A DNA stretch of 64,000 nt from Bacilli bacterium (GCA_050953065.1 JBMNLZ010000003.1:128001-192000); one strand, 5' to 3'; numbered from the stretch's first letter, positions 50,839 to 61,172 are shown. Notes: generated from the letters alone by a model not told the origin. Numbers and translations are program-made.

Positions 50839-51630
50839 CTATAATTCAATCTTGCTTAAAACGTTTAATTTTAATTCCTTCGCAAAATCAAGAGCTTTTT
50901 TAACATTTTCACCATGAAAATCTTTAACATAGTGCGCATCACTATTTAAAATGATTTTTACATTTTTATATTTTCCAACAATTTCCCAAAACTCTTTTCT
51001 TGGATATTTTGGTTTAGTTGAGTTAAAATTAAAACCATTAGCATTAATTTCTAAATAAACATCATTTTTCATCGCTGCAAAAATTATCTTTTTAGTAATT
51101 TCTTCATGAAGTGGTAAAAACTCATCCTCATGATATAAGAAAAGTTCAGGATGTGCTAAAATTTTATATAGCTTAGTATCTAAAGCTTTTTCTACTATCA
51201 AAGCATAATTATATAAATCTTTATCTGATAATGGTTCATAAGTAGAAATAAATTTCCCATCACTCTTATAAAAATGCACTCCTAAAACCAAATAATCTAA
51301 ATGCATTAAAATTCTTTTATAAAAAGTCTCTTGTCCTTCAACATATTCTGTTTCTACTGCTTTTAAGATTTTTATATCTTTATGTTTATTAATACTATAT
51401 TCTAGTTGAGGTAAATATTTTTCATAAAAATCATCTTCATTCATTTGTTGGTCTAACCAAAGGAATTTATATAACTCTTCCTTCATCCAACTTCTAGGAA
51501 CTGGACAATGATCAGAAATACCAATTTCTTCGTATTTGTGTTTTAAAGCTTCTTGTACATAATCCTCAACTACACCTTCAGCATGCCCACACAAAGCTAC
51601 ATGACTATGATAATTTGCTACTCTTTTCAT
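50839..51630 (-). CDS. hisK: Histidinol-phosphatase, PHP family (HisJ/HisK)
   Basis: NYHSH..LCGHA, ISDH, LAHPE, EIN, SDAH; first gene of his operon. Confidence 0.8.
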   Translation of the reverse strand: MKRVANYHSHVALCGHAEGVVEDYVQEALKHKYEEIGISDHCPVPRSWMKEELYKFLWLDQQMNEDDFYEKYLPQLEYSINKHKDIKILKAVETEYVEGQETFYKRILMHLDYLVLGVHFYKSDGKFISTYEPLSDKDLYNYALIVEKALDTKLYKILAHPELFLYHEDEFLPLHEEITKKIIFAAMKNDVYLEINANGFNFNSTKPKYPRKEFWEIVGKYKNVKIILNSDAHYVKDFHGENVKKALDFAKELKLNVLSKIEL

Positions 51631-51669
51631 TGTATAACTCCTTCCTAAATTTACATAATTTAATACCCT

Positions 51670-51698
51670 ATTTTATCATAAAATTTGTTATAAAGCAA
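51670..51698 (-). promoter_or_regulatory. his operon promoter
   Basis: TTGCTT-17bp-TAAAAT with extended TG. Confidence 0.6.
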
Positions 51699-51726
51699 TA
51701 AAACAAGATAAAACTGAAGTTTAAGT

Positions 51727-51765
51727 AAAAAAAGATAGATTTAAAAAATTTTTAAATCTATCTTT
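51727..51765 (-). terminator. met operon terminator
   Basis: AAAGATAGATTTAAAAA/TTTTTAAATCTATCTTT hairpin + T run. Confidence 0.8.
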
Positions 51766-51772
51766 AAAATTT

Positions 51773-54124
51773 TTATAGGATTTTTTCTAATAATTTTACA
51801 GTGCTTATAGCATCCTTACAATAATAATCAGCGTCTATCTCTTTGGCATATTCACTAGTCAAAACTGCTCCACCTACTAAAATTGGACAATCTACATTAA
51901 CTTTTCTTAATAAGTAGATAGTCTTTCTCATTGATTCAACTGTAGTAGTCATTAAAGCACTTAATCCTATTGCTTTAGGCTTATATTTATGATAAGCCTC
52001 AACCACCACTTCAGCCTTAACATCCTTTCCTAAATCAATAACCCTATATCCATAACTTTCTAAAACAACTTTAACTATGTTTTTACCAATATCGTGGATA
52101 TCTCCTTCAACGGTTGCTAAAATTATAGGTCCTTTTTTATCATCCTTACTTTCAAAACTTTTTTGGATTACTTCAAAAGCTTCTTTAGTAGCCTCAGCCG
52201 ATAAGATTAACTGAGGTAAGAAGATTTTTTTAGTTTCATACAAAACCCCAACCTCATCTAATGCTTTAATTAAAACTTCGTTGATAATATCCATTGGAGC
52301 CATAGTTTTTAATAATTCTTTAACAGCCTTTTTTGCTTCATCTTTTAAGCCCTGCTTTACAACATCATAAAGACTAAGATTAGTTTCACTTTTCTTTTCT
52401 ATTACAACATCAGTTTGTTTAGCAATATAATCAGTTGCATTTACATCCTTATTATAAAGAACATTAAAAGCACTAATAGCATCCATCATCTCTTTATCCA
52501 AAGGGTTAATAATTGCTAAATCAAGCGAATTTGCTAGAGCAGCAACTAAAAAAGTTTTATTAAGTAAATTTCTATTAGGAAGTCCAAAAGAAACATTACT
52601 AATACCTAAAGCTGTTTTTATTTTATATTTTGCTTTAATATTTCTTACTGCCTTTAGAGTTTCTACAACTTCAGCTTGTTGAGCTGAGGCAGTCAAAACT
52701 AAGCAATCAACAATAATTCTCTCTTCACTAATTCCATATTTTTTAGCTTCCTTTATAATTCTTTCTGCAATTTTTTCTCTTTCTAAAGCTGTCTTTGGTA
52801 AATCAGATCCATCAAGTGTTAATGCAATAACCAGTGCACCATATTTTTTCACAATTGGAAAGACTTTATTCATTGATTCTTGTTTACCATTAACTGAATT
52901 AATAATCGGTATTCCATTATAATAACGTGCACTTTTTTCTAACGCTTCATAATTTGCACTATCAAGTTGTAATGGTAACATTACAATTTCTTGAATTAGT
53001 TTTACTACTTTAGGTAAAACATTAACTTCATCGACACCACTTGCTCCAACATTAACATCTAAAATATCAGCTAAAGCTTTTTCTTGTAAAATTGCTTCAT
53101 GAATTACATAATCAAAATCTTGTTTTTGAAGTGCTTCTCTTAATAATTTTTTCCCAGTTGGATTAATCCTTTCCCCACAAACCAAAGGCTTAATTCCAAG
53201 TTCAACCGTCATTTGAGAACTTGAGGCTTTTGTTTTAACTGAATTAACTACTCTATTTAACTTAATATTTTTACATCTTTTAGCCAAAGCTTCTATATAC
53301 TTAGGAGTTGTTCCACAACATCCCCCAAGAACACTAACGCCAGATAATGCAAACTCTTCCATAACGTTTACATATTCTTCAGCCCCTATATTATAGCAAG
53401 TTTTACCATCTTTAAAACATGGTAATCCTGCGTTAGGTTGAACTAAAACTGGTAAATTAGTTGATTCTAAAAGTTTAAAAACAATTGGTTTTAATTCTTT
53501 TGGACCTAAAGAACAATTAACTCCGATTGCATCTACTCCTAGGTTTGTTGCGATATTTGCATATGTTTCAACATCAGTTCCCATTAAAGTTCTTTCATCA
53601 GCCTCAAATGACATACTAGAAAAAACAGGTAAATTTGAATTTTCTTTAACTGCAAGTATTGCTGCTTTTAATTCATAAACATCACTCATTGTTTCAATAA
53701 TAAATAAGTCAACCTTATCTTTAGCAAGTAAAACCTGTTCTTTAAATAATTCATATGCTCTATCAAACTCTAAAGCACCAAATGGTGCTAATAACTGACC
53801 AATCGGTCCAATATCATATGCTAAAAACTTATCTTTTTTAGCATATTTTTTTAAAGCATCACGTGCAACATCAATTGATGCGTTTACAATTTTTTCTAAA
53901 CTATATTTAGCTCCTTCTAATTTATAGCTATTAGAACCAAAAGTATTTGTAGTAATAACATCAGCACCAGATTCTAAATAGTTAAGATAAATACTTTCCA
54001 AAAACTCAGGGTCTTCGATGCTTACTAGCGAAGTATCTTGGCCTAGTTTTTGTTTTTCTTGAAGCAAAGTTCCCATAGCTCCATCAAAAATTATTATTCT
54101 TTTACCTAATATTTCTTTTAGCAT
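51773..54124 (-). CDS. metH: Cobalamin-dependent methionine synthase (Hcy-, folate- and B12-binding domains; no reactivation domain)
   Basis: DGAMGT, GVNCSLGP, GGCCGT, GERINPTGK, GDIHDIGKN, SALMTTT. Confidence 0.95.
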   Translation of the reverse strand: MLKEILGKRIIIFDGAMGTLLQEKQKLGQDTSLVSIEDPEFLESIYLNYLESGADVITTNTFGSNSYKLEGAKYSLEKIVNASIDVARDALKKYAKKDKFLAYDIGPIGQLLAPFGALEFDRAYELFKEQVLLAKDKVDLFIIETMSDVYELKAAILAVKENSNLPVFSSMSFEADERTLMGTDVETYANIATNLGVDAIGVNCSLGPKELKPIVFKLLESTNLPVLVQPNAGLPCFKDGKTCYNIGAEEYVNVMEEFALSGVSVLGGCCGTTPKYIEALAKRCKNIKLNRVVNSVKTKASSSQMTVELGIKPLVCGERINPTGKKLLREALQKQDFDYVIHEAILQEKALADILDVNVGASGVDEVNVLPKVVKLIQEIVMLPLQLDSANYEALEKSARYYNGIPIINSVNGKQESMNKVFPIVKKYGALVIALTLDGSDLPKTALEREKIAERIIKEAKKYGISEERIIVDCLVLTASAQQAEVVETLKAVRNIKAKYKIKTALGISNVSFGLPNRNLLNKTFLVAALANSLDLAIINPLDKEMMDAISAFNVLYNKDVNATDYIAKQTDVVIEKKSETNLSLYDVVKQGLKDEAKKAVKELLKTMAPMDIINEVLIKALDEVGVLYETKKIFLPQLILSAEATKEAFEVIQKSFESKDDKKGPIILATVEGDIHDIGKNIVKVVLESYGYRVIDLGKDVKAEVVVEAYHKYKPKAIGLSALMTTTVESMRKTIYLLRKVNVDCPILVGGAVLTSEYAKEIDADYYCKDAISTVKLLEKIL

Positions 54125-54153
54125 CTTACATATCCCCCTTTTTAAAGTGTATT

Positions 54154-54696
54154 TTAATTATATCCAATAATACCAACCATTGATTTAAGCGGCGTCATCA
54201 AAGAATCTTTACCTAATGTAAGCCCTATTTTTTTATCTGCTTGTAATACTTTGATTATGTCTTTATTTAATCCTAAGCTTGTACGTTGATATCCTGGACA
54301 AAAACGACGAGTTCTTTGAATTATATTTAGTTGTTCTTCTTCCTTATCTGCTACTTCTTCAACATAAGCACTACTTACAGCATCAAATACAACAGCTTTT
54401 GAAATATTTGTTTGTTGATAAAACTTAATTCTTTGATCAATTTCAAAACCTAAAGTTACCGCTAATAACAAACAATTATTAAACCCATCTAATAATTTAG
54501 AATATGGTCTTTCAGTTAATTCTATATTTGTATTAACTATCGTAATTTTTTCATGCTTTTCTAATTTAAAACTTTGAATTATGATTTTAGGTCTAGCAAT
54601 TTTTTTAACTTCCTCTAAACATTCATCAATTATCTTTTCTGTTTCAAGCGATTTACTTGATACTTTTAAATATGCTAAAGCTCGTTTTTTAATCAC
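54154..54696 (-). CDS. Stand-alone methionine synthase reactivation (AdoMet-binding) domain
   Basis: AVTLG, DAVSS.YVE, RF.PGY, MTP.KS..GIIG; directly upstream of truncated metH. Confidence 0.8.
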   Translation of the reverse strand: MIKKRALAYLKVSSKSLETEKIIDECLEEVKKIARPKIIIQSFKLEKHEKITIVNTNIELTERPYSKLLDGFNNCLLLAVTLGFEIDQRIKFYQQTNISKAVVFDAVSSAYVEEVADKEEEQLNIIQRTRRFCPGYQRTSLGLNKDIIKVLQADKKIGLTLGKDSLMTPLKSMVGIIGYN

Positions 54697-55582
54697 CTTT
54701 CATCACACTCGCTAACAAACTAGGAATATTATCAAAAATAGCTTGAGCTATTTTTGGCCGATTCATCGAATAAATATGAATGCCATCAACATCATTTGCT
54801 AGTAAATCTATGATTTGATGAGTCGCATAATTAATTCCTAATTCAAGTGCTGCATCATCATCTTCATAAAATTTATTCATAACTTTTTCTAAAGCTTTAG
54901 GTATAGAAGCTCCACACATTTTAGTCATTCTATTAATTAATTTAATGTTTGTTACTGGCATAATTCCAGCAAGAATTGGAACAGTAATCCCTATTTTTCT
55001 TGCTTCTCTAACAAGTTTGTAAAAGTATTCATTATCAAAGAATAATTGGCTAACTAAAAACTTAGCACCAGCATCTACTTTTTTCTTTAGATTTGCCAAA
55101 TCTTCTTCAAAACTTTTAGCTTCAGGATGAACCTCAGGATAACATGCTCCACCAATACAAAACTCATCTTTAAAATTAGTGTTGATATATTCTGTTAACT
55201 CACTAGCATATTTAAAATCAGATGATAATTCCTTTGTACAATCTTGCGGCATATCTCCTCTTAATGCTAAAATGTTTTTTATTTTGTTTTTCTTTAATTC
55301 AAGGCATGCTTCATCAACATCTCCTTTTGAATGAACAATACAAGTAAAATGAGCTACAGCTGAAATATTATGCTTTTCTTCTATATATTTAGCAATTCTA
55401 ATAGTATCTTTTGAAGTAGATCCACCTGCTCCATATGTTACACTAATAAAATCTGGATTCAATTTAGCTAAAGAGTCAATTGTATCAAAAATAGAATCTA
55501 TATTAGTGGAATCCTTTTTGGGTGGAAATATCTCAAGAGAAATCGTTGTTTTCTTTTTTAAAAAAATTTCTTCGATTTTCAT
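54689..55582 (-). CDS. metF: 5,10-methylenetetrahydrofolate reductase
   Basis: EIFPPK, SVTYGAGG, LALRGD, YPEVH, QLFFDN, GIMP. Confidence 0.96.
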   Translation of the reverse strand: MKIEEIFLKKKTTISLEIFPPKKDSTNIDSIFDTIDSLAKLNPDFISVTYGAGGSTSKDTIRIAKYIEEKHNISAVAHFTCIVHSKGDVDEACLELKKNKIKNILALRGDMPQDCTKELSSDFKYASELTEYINTNFKDEFCIGGACYPEVHPEAKSFEEDLANLKKKVDAGAKFLVSQLFFDNEYFYKLVREARKIGITVPILAGIMPVTNIKLINRMTKMCGASIPKALEKVMNKFYEDDDAALELGINYATHQIIDLLANDVDGIHIYSMNRPKIAQAIFDNIPSLLASVMKGD

Positions 55583-55591
55583 TTGTTTTTC

Positions 55592-56494
55592 CTAACGATC
55601 TATATCATAAGGTGTTACTTGATATACAAAGTAATTAAGCCAGTTTGAAAAAATAATATTAGCTGTACTTCTCCATCTAACTAAAACCTCTCCAGTTTTT
55701 GAAAAATAGTTATCTGGTTCATGAATATCTAACCCCTTAGCAAGATCCCTTTCATATTCTTGTTTTAAAGTATTTTTATCATACTCTAAATGACCTGTTA
55801 TAAAAATCTTTTTATCATCAATTGATCTAAAAATTGCAATACCTGTTTCATCTGATTCTGCTAAAGGTTCTAGATATTTACAATCATAAATTAGTTTTGA
55901 ATCAACAGCTGAATGTCTTGAATGAGGTATATAAAAAATATCATCCAGTCCCTTCAATAACGGAGAAAACTCAACACATTTTCTATGTTTATAGACTCCA
56001 AATAATTTATCATCTAACATATATTTAGGTATACCATAGTAATGGTATAGTGCAGCTTGTGCTCCCCAACAAATATAAATTGTACTAGTAACTTTTTTCT
56101 CAGCAAAATCCATAATATTTTTTAACTCATCCCAATACAAAACATCTTCAAAATCAAAGTTTTCAACAGGTGCTCCAGTTATAATCATCCCATCATATTG
56201 CTTATCTTTAATTTCATCAAATGTTTTATAAAACTTATCAAGATATGATTGTTCTGTATTTTTAGATGAATAAGTTGCAGTATTAAGTAAAGTAATATTT
56301 ACTTGAAGTGGTGAGTTTGAAAGTAATCTCATTAATTGCGTTTCAGTAACAATCTTAGTAGGCATTAAATTTACTATAACAATTTCAATCGGTCTAATAT
56401 CTTGAGTATCAGCTCTTAAGGAACTCATCACAAAAATATTTTCTTTTTCTAGCGTTTCATACGCTGGAATATCTTTTGGAATTACAATCGGCAT
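55592..56494 (-). CDS. metA: Homoserine O-acyltransferase, MetA family (probably acetyl-specific)
   Basis: NLMP, ITGAPVE (Glu at the acetyl/succinyl specificity position), CWGAQA, PHSRH, GHLEY. Confidence 0.94.
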   Translation of the reverse strand: MPIVIPKDIPAYETLEKENIFVMSSLRADTQDIRPIEIVIVNLMPTKIVTETQLMRLLSNSPLQVNITLLNTATYSSKNTEQSYLDKFYKTFDEIKDKQYDGMIITGAPVENFDFEDVLYWDELKNIMDFAEKKVTSTIYICWGAQAALYHYYGIPKYMLDDKLFGVYKHRKCVEFSPLLKGLDDIFYIPHSRHSAVDSKLIYDCKYLEPLAESDETGIAIFRSIDDKKIFITGHLEYDKNTLKQEYERDLAKGLDIHEPDNYFSKTGEVLVRWRSTANIIFSNWLNYFVYQVTPYDIDR

Positions 56495-56505
56495 ATTTAT
56501 TCCTC

Positions 56506-57771
56506 CTAAACTTTTTCTAAAGCTTGTTTGATATCTTCAATAATATCACTAATATCTTCTATTCCAATAGAAAGTCTTATTAAATCACTGCCAACTCCAC
56601 ATTTTTCTAAATCACTTGAAGACATTTGTCTGTGTGTAGTTGAAGCTGGATGAAGTACTGAACTTCTTAAGTCTGCAATATGAGTAACTAAAGATAGTAA
56701 TTTAAGGTTTTCTAAAAAGACAGCGACCTTATCTAATCCGCCTTTTATTCCAAATGAAAGCATACCACCACATCCGTTCGGCAAATATTTTAAAGCTAAT
56801 TTATGATATTTATTTTCTTCTAAATAAGGGCTGTTTACCCAAGCAACCTTAGGGTGTTTACTTAAAAAGCGAGCTATCTCTTTAGTATTTTCACTATGTC
56901 TTGCCATCCTTAACCCTAAAGTTTCAACACCTAGTATAGTTAAAAATGCAGTTTGAGGTGCCATAGTAGCGCCTAAATCTCTTAATAATTGAACTCTTGC
57001 TTTAGTTGTAAAAGGACTTTTATTTTGATAATACTTAACCCCGTGATAACTTTCATCAGGAATATAAAAGTCTTTATATCTTTTATTATTATTATAATCA
57101 AAATTACCTAAATCTACTATCACTCCGCCTAATGCTACAGCGTGACCATCTAAATATTTACTTGAAGAATAAACAACTACATTAGCCCCATATTCAAGTG
57201 GTCTAATTAAAACTGCTGTTGCTAAAGTATTATCAACAACAAATATAATTTTATGTTTTTTAGCAATTCTTGCGATTTTTTCAAAGTCAAGAACTATCAT
57301 AGAAGGATTTGCGATTGTCTCACCAAATATTAATTTTGTTTTATCATCGATTAATTCTTCTATTTTCTCTTCACTTGCATCCGGATTAAAAAATCTCGCT
57401 TCAATTCCATACTTTCTTAACGTAACATTCATTAAATTATGTGTTCCACCATATATTGAATTTGATGCAACGATATTATCTCCTGCACTACAAACATTTA
57501 AAATCGTTAATAAAGTTGCAGCTTGTCCTGAAGCACAAGCAAGACCGCCCACTCCACCTTCTAAAGCTGAAACCTTTTTCTCTAGCACATCAACTGTCGG
57601 ATTAGCAATACGAGTATAGAAAAAACCATCAGTTTTCAAATCAAAAAGATCAGCTAACTGAGATGCTTTTTCATAATAAAATGTTGTACTTTGAACAATT
57701 GGAGTAACACGTGGTTCTCCTTTTTTTGGTTTATAACCTTCTTGAACACAGATTGTATTAATTTTAGCCAT
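56506..57771 (-). CDS. metY: O-acetylhomoserine sulfhydrylase
   Basis: YTRIANPT, SGQAA, VDNT.AT, SSKYLDGH, HPASTTH.Q, RLSIGIE. Confidence 0.9.
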   Translation of the reverse strand: MAKINTICVQEGYKPKKGEPRVTPIVQSTTFYYEKASQLADLFDLKTDGFFYTRIANPTVDVLEKKVSALEGGVGGLACASGQAATLLTILNVCSAGDNIVASNSIYGGTHNLMNVTLRKYGIEARFFNPDASEEKIEELIDDKTKLIFGETIANPSMIVLDFEKIARIAKKHKIIFVVDNTLATAVLIRPLEYGANVVVYSSSKYLDGHAVALGGVIVDLGNFDYNNNKRYKDFYIPDESYHGVKYYQNKSPFTTKARVQLLRDLGATMAPQTAFLTILGVETLGLRMARHSENTKEIARFLSKHPKVAWVNSPYLEENKYHKLALKYLPNGCGGMLSFGIKGGLDKVAVFLENLKLLSLVTHIADLRSSVLHPASTTHRQMSSSDLEKCGVGSDLIRLSIGIEDISDIIEDIKQALEKV

Positions 57772-57791
57772 TTTATTTTCCTCCTAAAAAA

Positions 57792-58058
57792 TAAAAAAAT
57801 GTTTCAAATCCATAAGGACGAAACATAGTCGTGGTACCACCTTAATTCGCTTATCGCCTCACAGCAATAGGCCTCTTCGAGTACAATTATACTCTAGCAA
57901 AATAACGTTTGCAGACGTCTTGACCTAAACCTTACGAAAGCCTCAGCCAAGCAACTCCAGGGCCATTTTCAGATATAAATAACTTATTTGCTTTCCACCA
58001 TCAGCAAACTCTCTAGAAAGTATTTTTATACTTACTTTCCCCTTCACAGTCTTTTCAC
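57792..58058 (-). ncRNA. T-box riboswitch, Met (AUG) specifier
   Basis: AGTA, AGAGA and GGTGGAA stem I motifs; GAAAATG specifier (AUG 57966-57964); T-box AAGGTGGTACCACG 57843-57830; terminator ATGTTTC/GAAACAT + T run. Confidence 0.93.
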
Positions 58059-58073
58059 TTTGAAATTACCATA

Positions 58074-58102
58074 ATTATACTATTAATAAAAGAAATTGTC
58101 AA
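58074..58102 (-). promoter_or_regulatory. met operon promoter
   Basis: Perfect TTGACA-17bp-TATAAT. Confidence 0.85.
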
Positions 58103-58128
58103 TAATAAGCGATTATTATTTTAAAAAA

Positions 58129-58611
58129 TTATAGTTTTGGATAAATAGTATTAACTTCATTCAAATTGTTTATCACATCTTCTAAAAAATTAAGGGAATA
58201 TTTTTTAGCTTCTCTTAAATTCATATCAGTATAATTTCCACAATCCTTTGGACTTGCTCCTGGAATTTCTTTTGCTTCTAAAATATAATTTAACATCTTT
58301 TTAAGTAAATCTCTAATATCAAAAGAATTTAAATTCCCATAAAGTAATAAATAAAACCCAGTCCTACACCCCATTGGACCAAAATAGATAATTTTATCTT
58401 TAAATAAAAAATCGTTTCTTAAAAAAGTAGCTCCTAAATGTTCTATGGCATGAACTGCTCCTGTTGACATTACTTCTTCTTTATTAGGTTTTATAAACCT
58501 CAAATCAAAAGTTGTAATAACAACTTCTCCTTTTAAATAGTCTTTTCTTGAAACATAAATTCCTCTTTCTAATAAATTATGATTTATTTGAAAACTCGCT
58601 ATTTTTTCCAT
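58129..58611 (-). CDS. luxS: S-ribosylhomocysteine lyase
   Basis: SF..NH, FDLRF..PN, HAIEHL, GPMGCRTGFY, CGNY; start moved to ATG 58611 (GAGGT RBS). Confidence 0.95.
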   Translation of the reverse strand: MEKIASFQINHNLLERGIYVSRKDYLKGEVVITTFDLRFIKPNKEEVMSTGAVHAIEHLGATFLRNDFLFKDKIIYFGPMGCRTGFYLLLYGNLNSFDIRDLLKKMLNYILEAKEIPGASPKDCGNYTDMNLREAKKYSLNFLEDVINNLNEVNTIYPKL

Positions 58612-58715
58612 TATTTTTACCTCGTAATAATTATACTTCATTTTATAAGAAAAATGTATGTTTTATTTTCTTTTTTTCTTCTTTTATGTTAAAATAATTA
58701 AAAAAGGAGGATTAA

Positions 58716-59468
58716 ATGAAATTTATATCATGGAACGTTAATGGTTTAAGAGCAGCAATTAAAAAAGGGTTTTTTGATTTCTTTAACAAAATGGATGCAG
58801 ACATCTTCGCAATTCAAGAAACTAAAATGCAAGAAGAACAAAAAGATTTTGTTTTCCCTGGATATCATGAGTTTTGGTCTTCTGCTATTAAAAAGGGATA
58901 TTCAGGCACTTTAATTCTTACTAAAAAGGCTCCTTTAAGTGTTCATTATGGTTTGATGGATAATTTATATACTGATGAGGGAAGAGTAATCACATTAGAA
59001 TATGAAAAATATTATTTTGTTTGTGTGTATTCACCTAATTCTCAAAGAGAATTAACTCGCTTAGATTATAGAATGGAATTCGAAGATAGGTTTAATGAAT
59101 ACCTAAATTCTTTAAAAAATAAAAAAGCCGTTGTTGTTTGTGGGGACTTAAATGTTGCACACGAAGAAATTGACCTTGCTAACCCAAAAACAAATACTAT
59201 GAATGCTGGTTTTACAATTGAAGAACGAACTAAATTTTCCATTCTTTTAAAAAGTGGCTTTACTGATACTTTTAGATATCTATATCCAGACAAAATAAAA
59301 TATACTTGGTGGAGTTATATGCAAATGTCACGCTTTAAAAATATTGGATGGAGAATTGATTATTTTTTAGTATCAGATGACTTAAAAAACAATATTAAAG
59401 ACAGTTTAATCTATGATCAAGTCCTAGGAAGTGATCACTGTCCAGTCTCTTTAATCATTGATTTTTAA
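58716..59468 (+). CDS. xth: Exodeoxyribonuclease III / AP endonuclease
   Basis: SWNVNGLRA, QETK, GDLNVAH, YTWWSY, GWRIDY, GSDHCP. Confidence 0.96.
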   Translation: MKFISWNVNGLRAAIKKGFFDFFNKMDADIFAIQETKMQEEQKDFVFPGYHEFWSSAIKKGYSGTLILTKKAPLSVHYGLMDNLYTDEGRVITLEYEKYYFVCVYSPNSQRELTRLDYRMEFEDRFNEYLNSLKNKKAVVVCGDLNVAHEEIDLANPKTNTMNAGFTIEERTKFSILLKSGFTDTFRYLYPDKIKYTWWSYMQMSRFKNIGWRIDYFLVSDDLKNNIKDSLIYDQVLGSDHCPVSLIIDF

Positions 59469-59485
59469 TTTTTTTTTAAAGTATA

Positions 59486-59514
59486 TTGCATATTCTAATT
59501 TTAAGTGTTATAAT
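59486..59514 (+). promoter_or_regulatory. sigma-A promoter
   Basis: TTGCAT-17bp-TATAAT with extended TG. Confidence 0.65.
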
Positions 59515-59542
59515 TTAGGTGTGATACGAAGGGGGTAATTTA

Positions 59543-59758
59543 ATGGAAGGTTATGTAAAGTTTATTGATGGGCTACCAAAGTTCTTAAAAGTAATATTTG
59601 CTTTACCCGTTTTAGATGGTATTTTTTATGGATTATACCGCATTGGAAAAGGAAAGATTCTTGAAGGAATTTTTTGGTTTTTTATTGGGTTGGTAATTTT
59701 TTGGATTTTAGATGTAATTTGGATAATTAAATTTAATCAACCTTGTATTATTACTTAG
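59543..59758 (+). CDS. Small membrane protein, unknown function
   Basis: Own promoter, GGGGG RBS, hydrophobic helices, downstream terminator. Confidence 0.75.
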   Translation: MEGYVKFIDGLPKFLKVIFALPVLDGIFYGLYRIGKGKILEGIFWFFIGLVIFWILDVIWIIKFNQPCIIT

Positions 59759-59769
59759 AAATATTAAAT

Positions 59770-59800
59770 AAGGAACTGATATTGATATCAGTTCCTTTTC
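59770..59800. terminator. Bidirectional terminator between convergent genes
   Basis: AAGGAACTGATA/TATCAGTTCCTT. Confidence 0.85.
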
Positions 59801-59801
59801 T

Positions 59802-61172
59802 TTATTTTCTTTCATCAAACTTTTTATATTCTTCTCTTGGAGAAACAGCAATATAAGCTGGTCTTATAATTTTACCATTATTAGCTAACTCTTCAATTCT
59901 ATGAGCGCCCCAACCAACCACTCTAGCAATTGCAAATAAAGTAATATACATTTCAGTTGGGATTTTTAACATTTGATAAATCAAGCCAGTATAAAAATCT
60001 ACATTAGGGCAAACACCTTTATAGATTTTTCTTTTCTCAGCAATTATTTTAGGAGCTATTTTTTCGATTTTATCATATAATTCAAATTCTTTATCCCAAC
60101 CACTTTCTTTAGCTAAATCCTTTGCAATACTTTTTAGAATGCCAACTCTTGGATCAGATAAAGAATATACCGCATGTCCCATACCATATATCAAACCAGT
60201 TTTATCAAAAACTTCTTTGTTTAGCATTTTATTTAAATATTCAGAAATTTTATCATCACTATAATCAGCAATGTTTTCTTTAATATGAGTCATCATTTCA
60301 ACTACTTTTAAAGCCGCCCCACCATGACGTGGACCTTTTAATGAAGCAAGGGAGGCAACGATAGCTGAATATGTATCAGTCCCTGATGATGTTACAACAT
60401 GAGTTGTAAAAGTAGAGTTATTACCACCACCATGTTCTGCTTGAATAACTAAACATAAATCTAAAGCTCTCGCTTCTAATTCAGTAAATTTATTACTACC
60501 ATGAAGCATATATAAAATATTTTCAGCTGTTGAATATTCTGGCTTTGGATTTCTAATTACAAGATTACCTTTATTATAATAATGATTATACGCTTGATAA
60601 CTATAAACTGTTAAGAGTGGGAATTTAGCTACTAATTCAATAACTTGTCTAAAAACATTCTCAACTGTAACATCATTAGCTTTATTATCATATGAATAAA
60701 GCGTTAAAACGCTTCTTGCAAGCATATTCATCATATCATTATTCGTAGCTTTTAAAATAATATCTCTAACAAAACTATCTGGTAAACTTCTAAAACCACT
60801 CATTAATTCATCAAATTCTTCTAATTCTTCTTTAGTTGGAAGTTTCCCACAAATAAGCAAATAAATTATTTCTTCAAAACCATATCTTTTTTCTTTAATA
60901 AAACCACTAACTAAATCTTTTATATTATAGCCTCTATAGAAAAGTTCTCCATCAGCAGGAATTTTATTCCCGTTTTCATCTATTATGAAACCATTTATCT
61001 CTGAAATTTTTGTTAAACCACAAACTACACCCTTACCATTTATGTCTCTTAAGCCTCTGTATACTTTGTGATAAGCATATAACTCATTTTCAATAACATC
61101 ATTAATTGTAGCTTTTTTACTTAATGTTATTAACTTCTTTTCAGCCTTTTTTAAAAATTCTTCAAATACCAT
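59802..61172 (-). CDS. gltA: Citrate synthase (Si-type family)
   Basis: GELFYRGY, EHGGGNNST, GPRHGGA, GMGHAVY..SDPR, PNVDFY, IIRP. Confidence 0.92.
   Translation of the reverse strand: MVFEEFLKKAEKKLITLSKKATINDVIENELYAYHKVYRGLRDINGKGVVCGLTKISEINGFIIDENGNKIPADGELFYRGYNIKDLVSGFIKEKRYGFEEIIYLLICGKLPTKEELEEFDELMSGFRSLPDSFVRDIILKATNNDMMNMLARSVLTLYSYDNKANDVTVENVFRQVIELVAKFPLLTVYSYQAYNHYYNKGNLVIRNPKPEYSTAENILYMLHGSNKFTELEARALDLCLVIQAEHGGGNNSTFTTHVVTSSGTDTYSAIVASLASLKGPRHGGAALKVVEMMTHIKENIADYSDDKISEYLNKMLNKEVFDKTGLIYGMGHAVYSLSDPRVGILKSIAKDLAKESGWDKEFELYDKIEKIAPKIIAEKRKIYKGVCPNVDFYTGLIYQMLKIPTEMYITLFAIARVVGWGAHRIEELANNGKIIRPAYIAVSPREEYKKFDERK

Noticed and set aside
51631-51700. His T-box or attenuator upstream of the his operon
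   Set aside because: The predicted promoter is only ~40 nt from the first ATG; no T-box motif or His-rich leader peptide.
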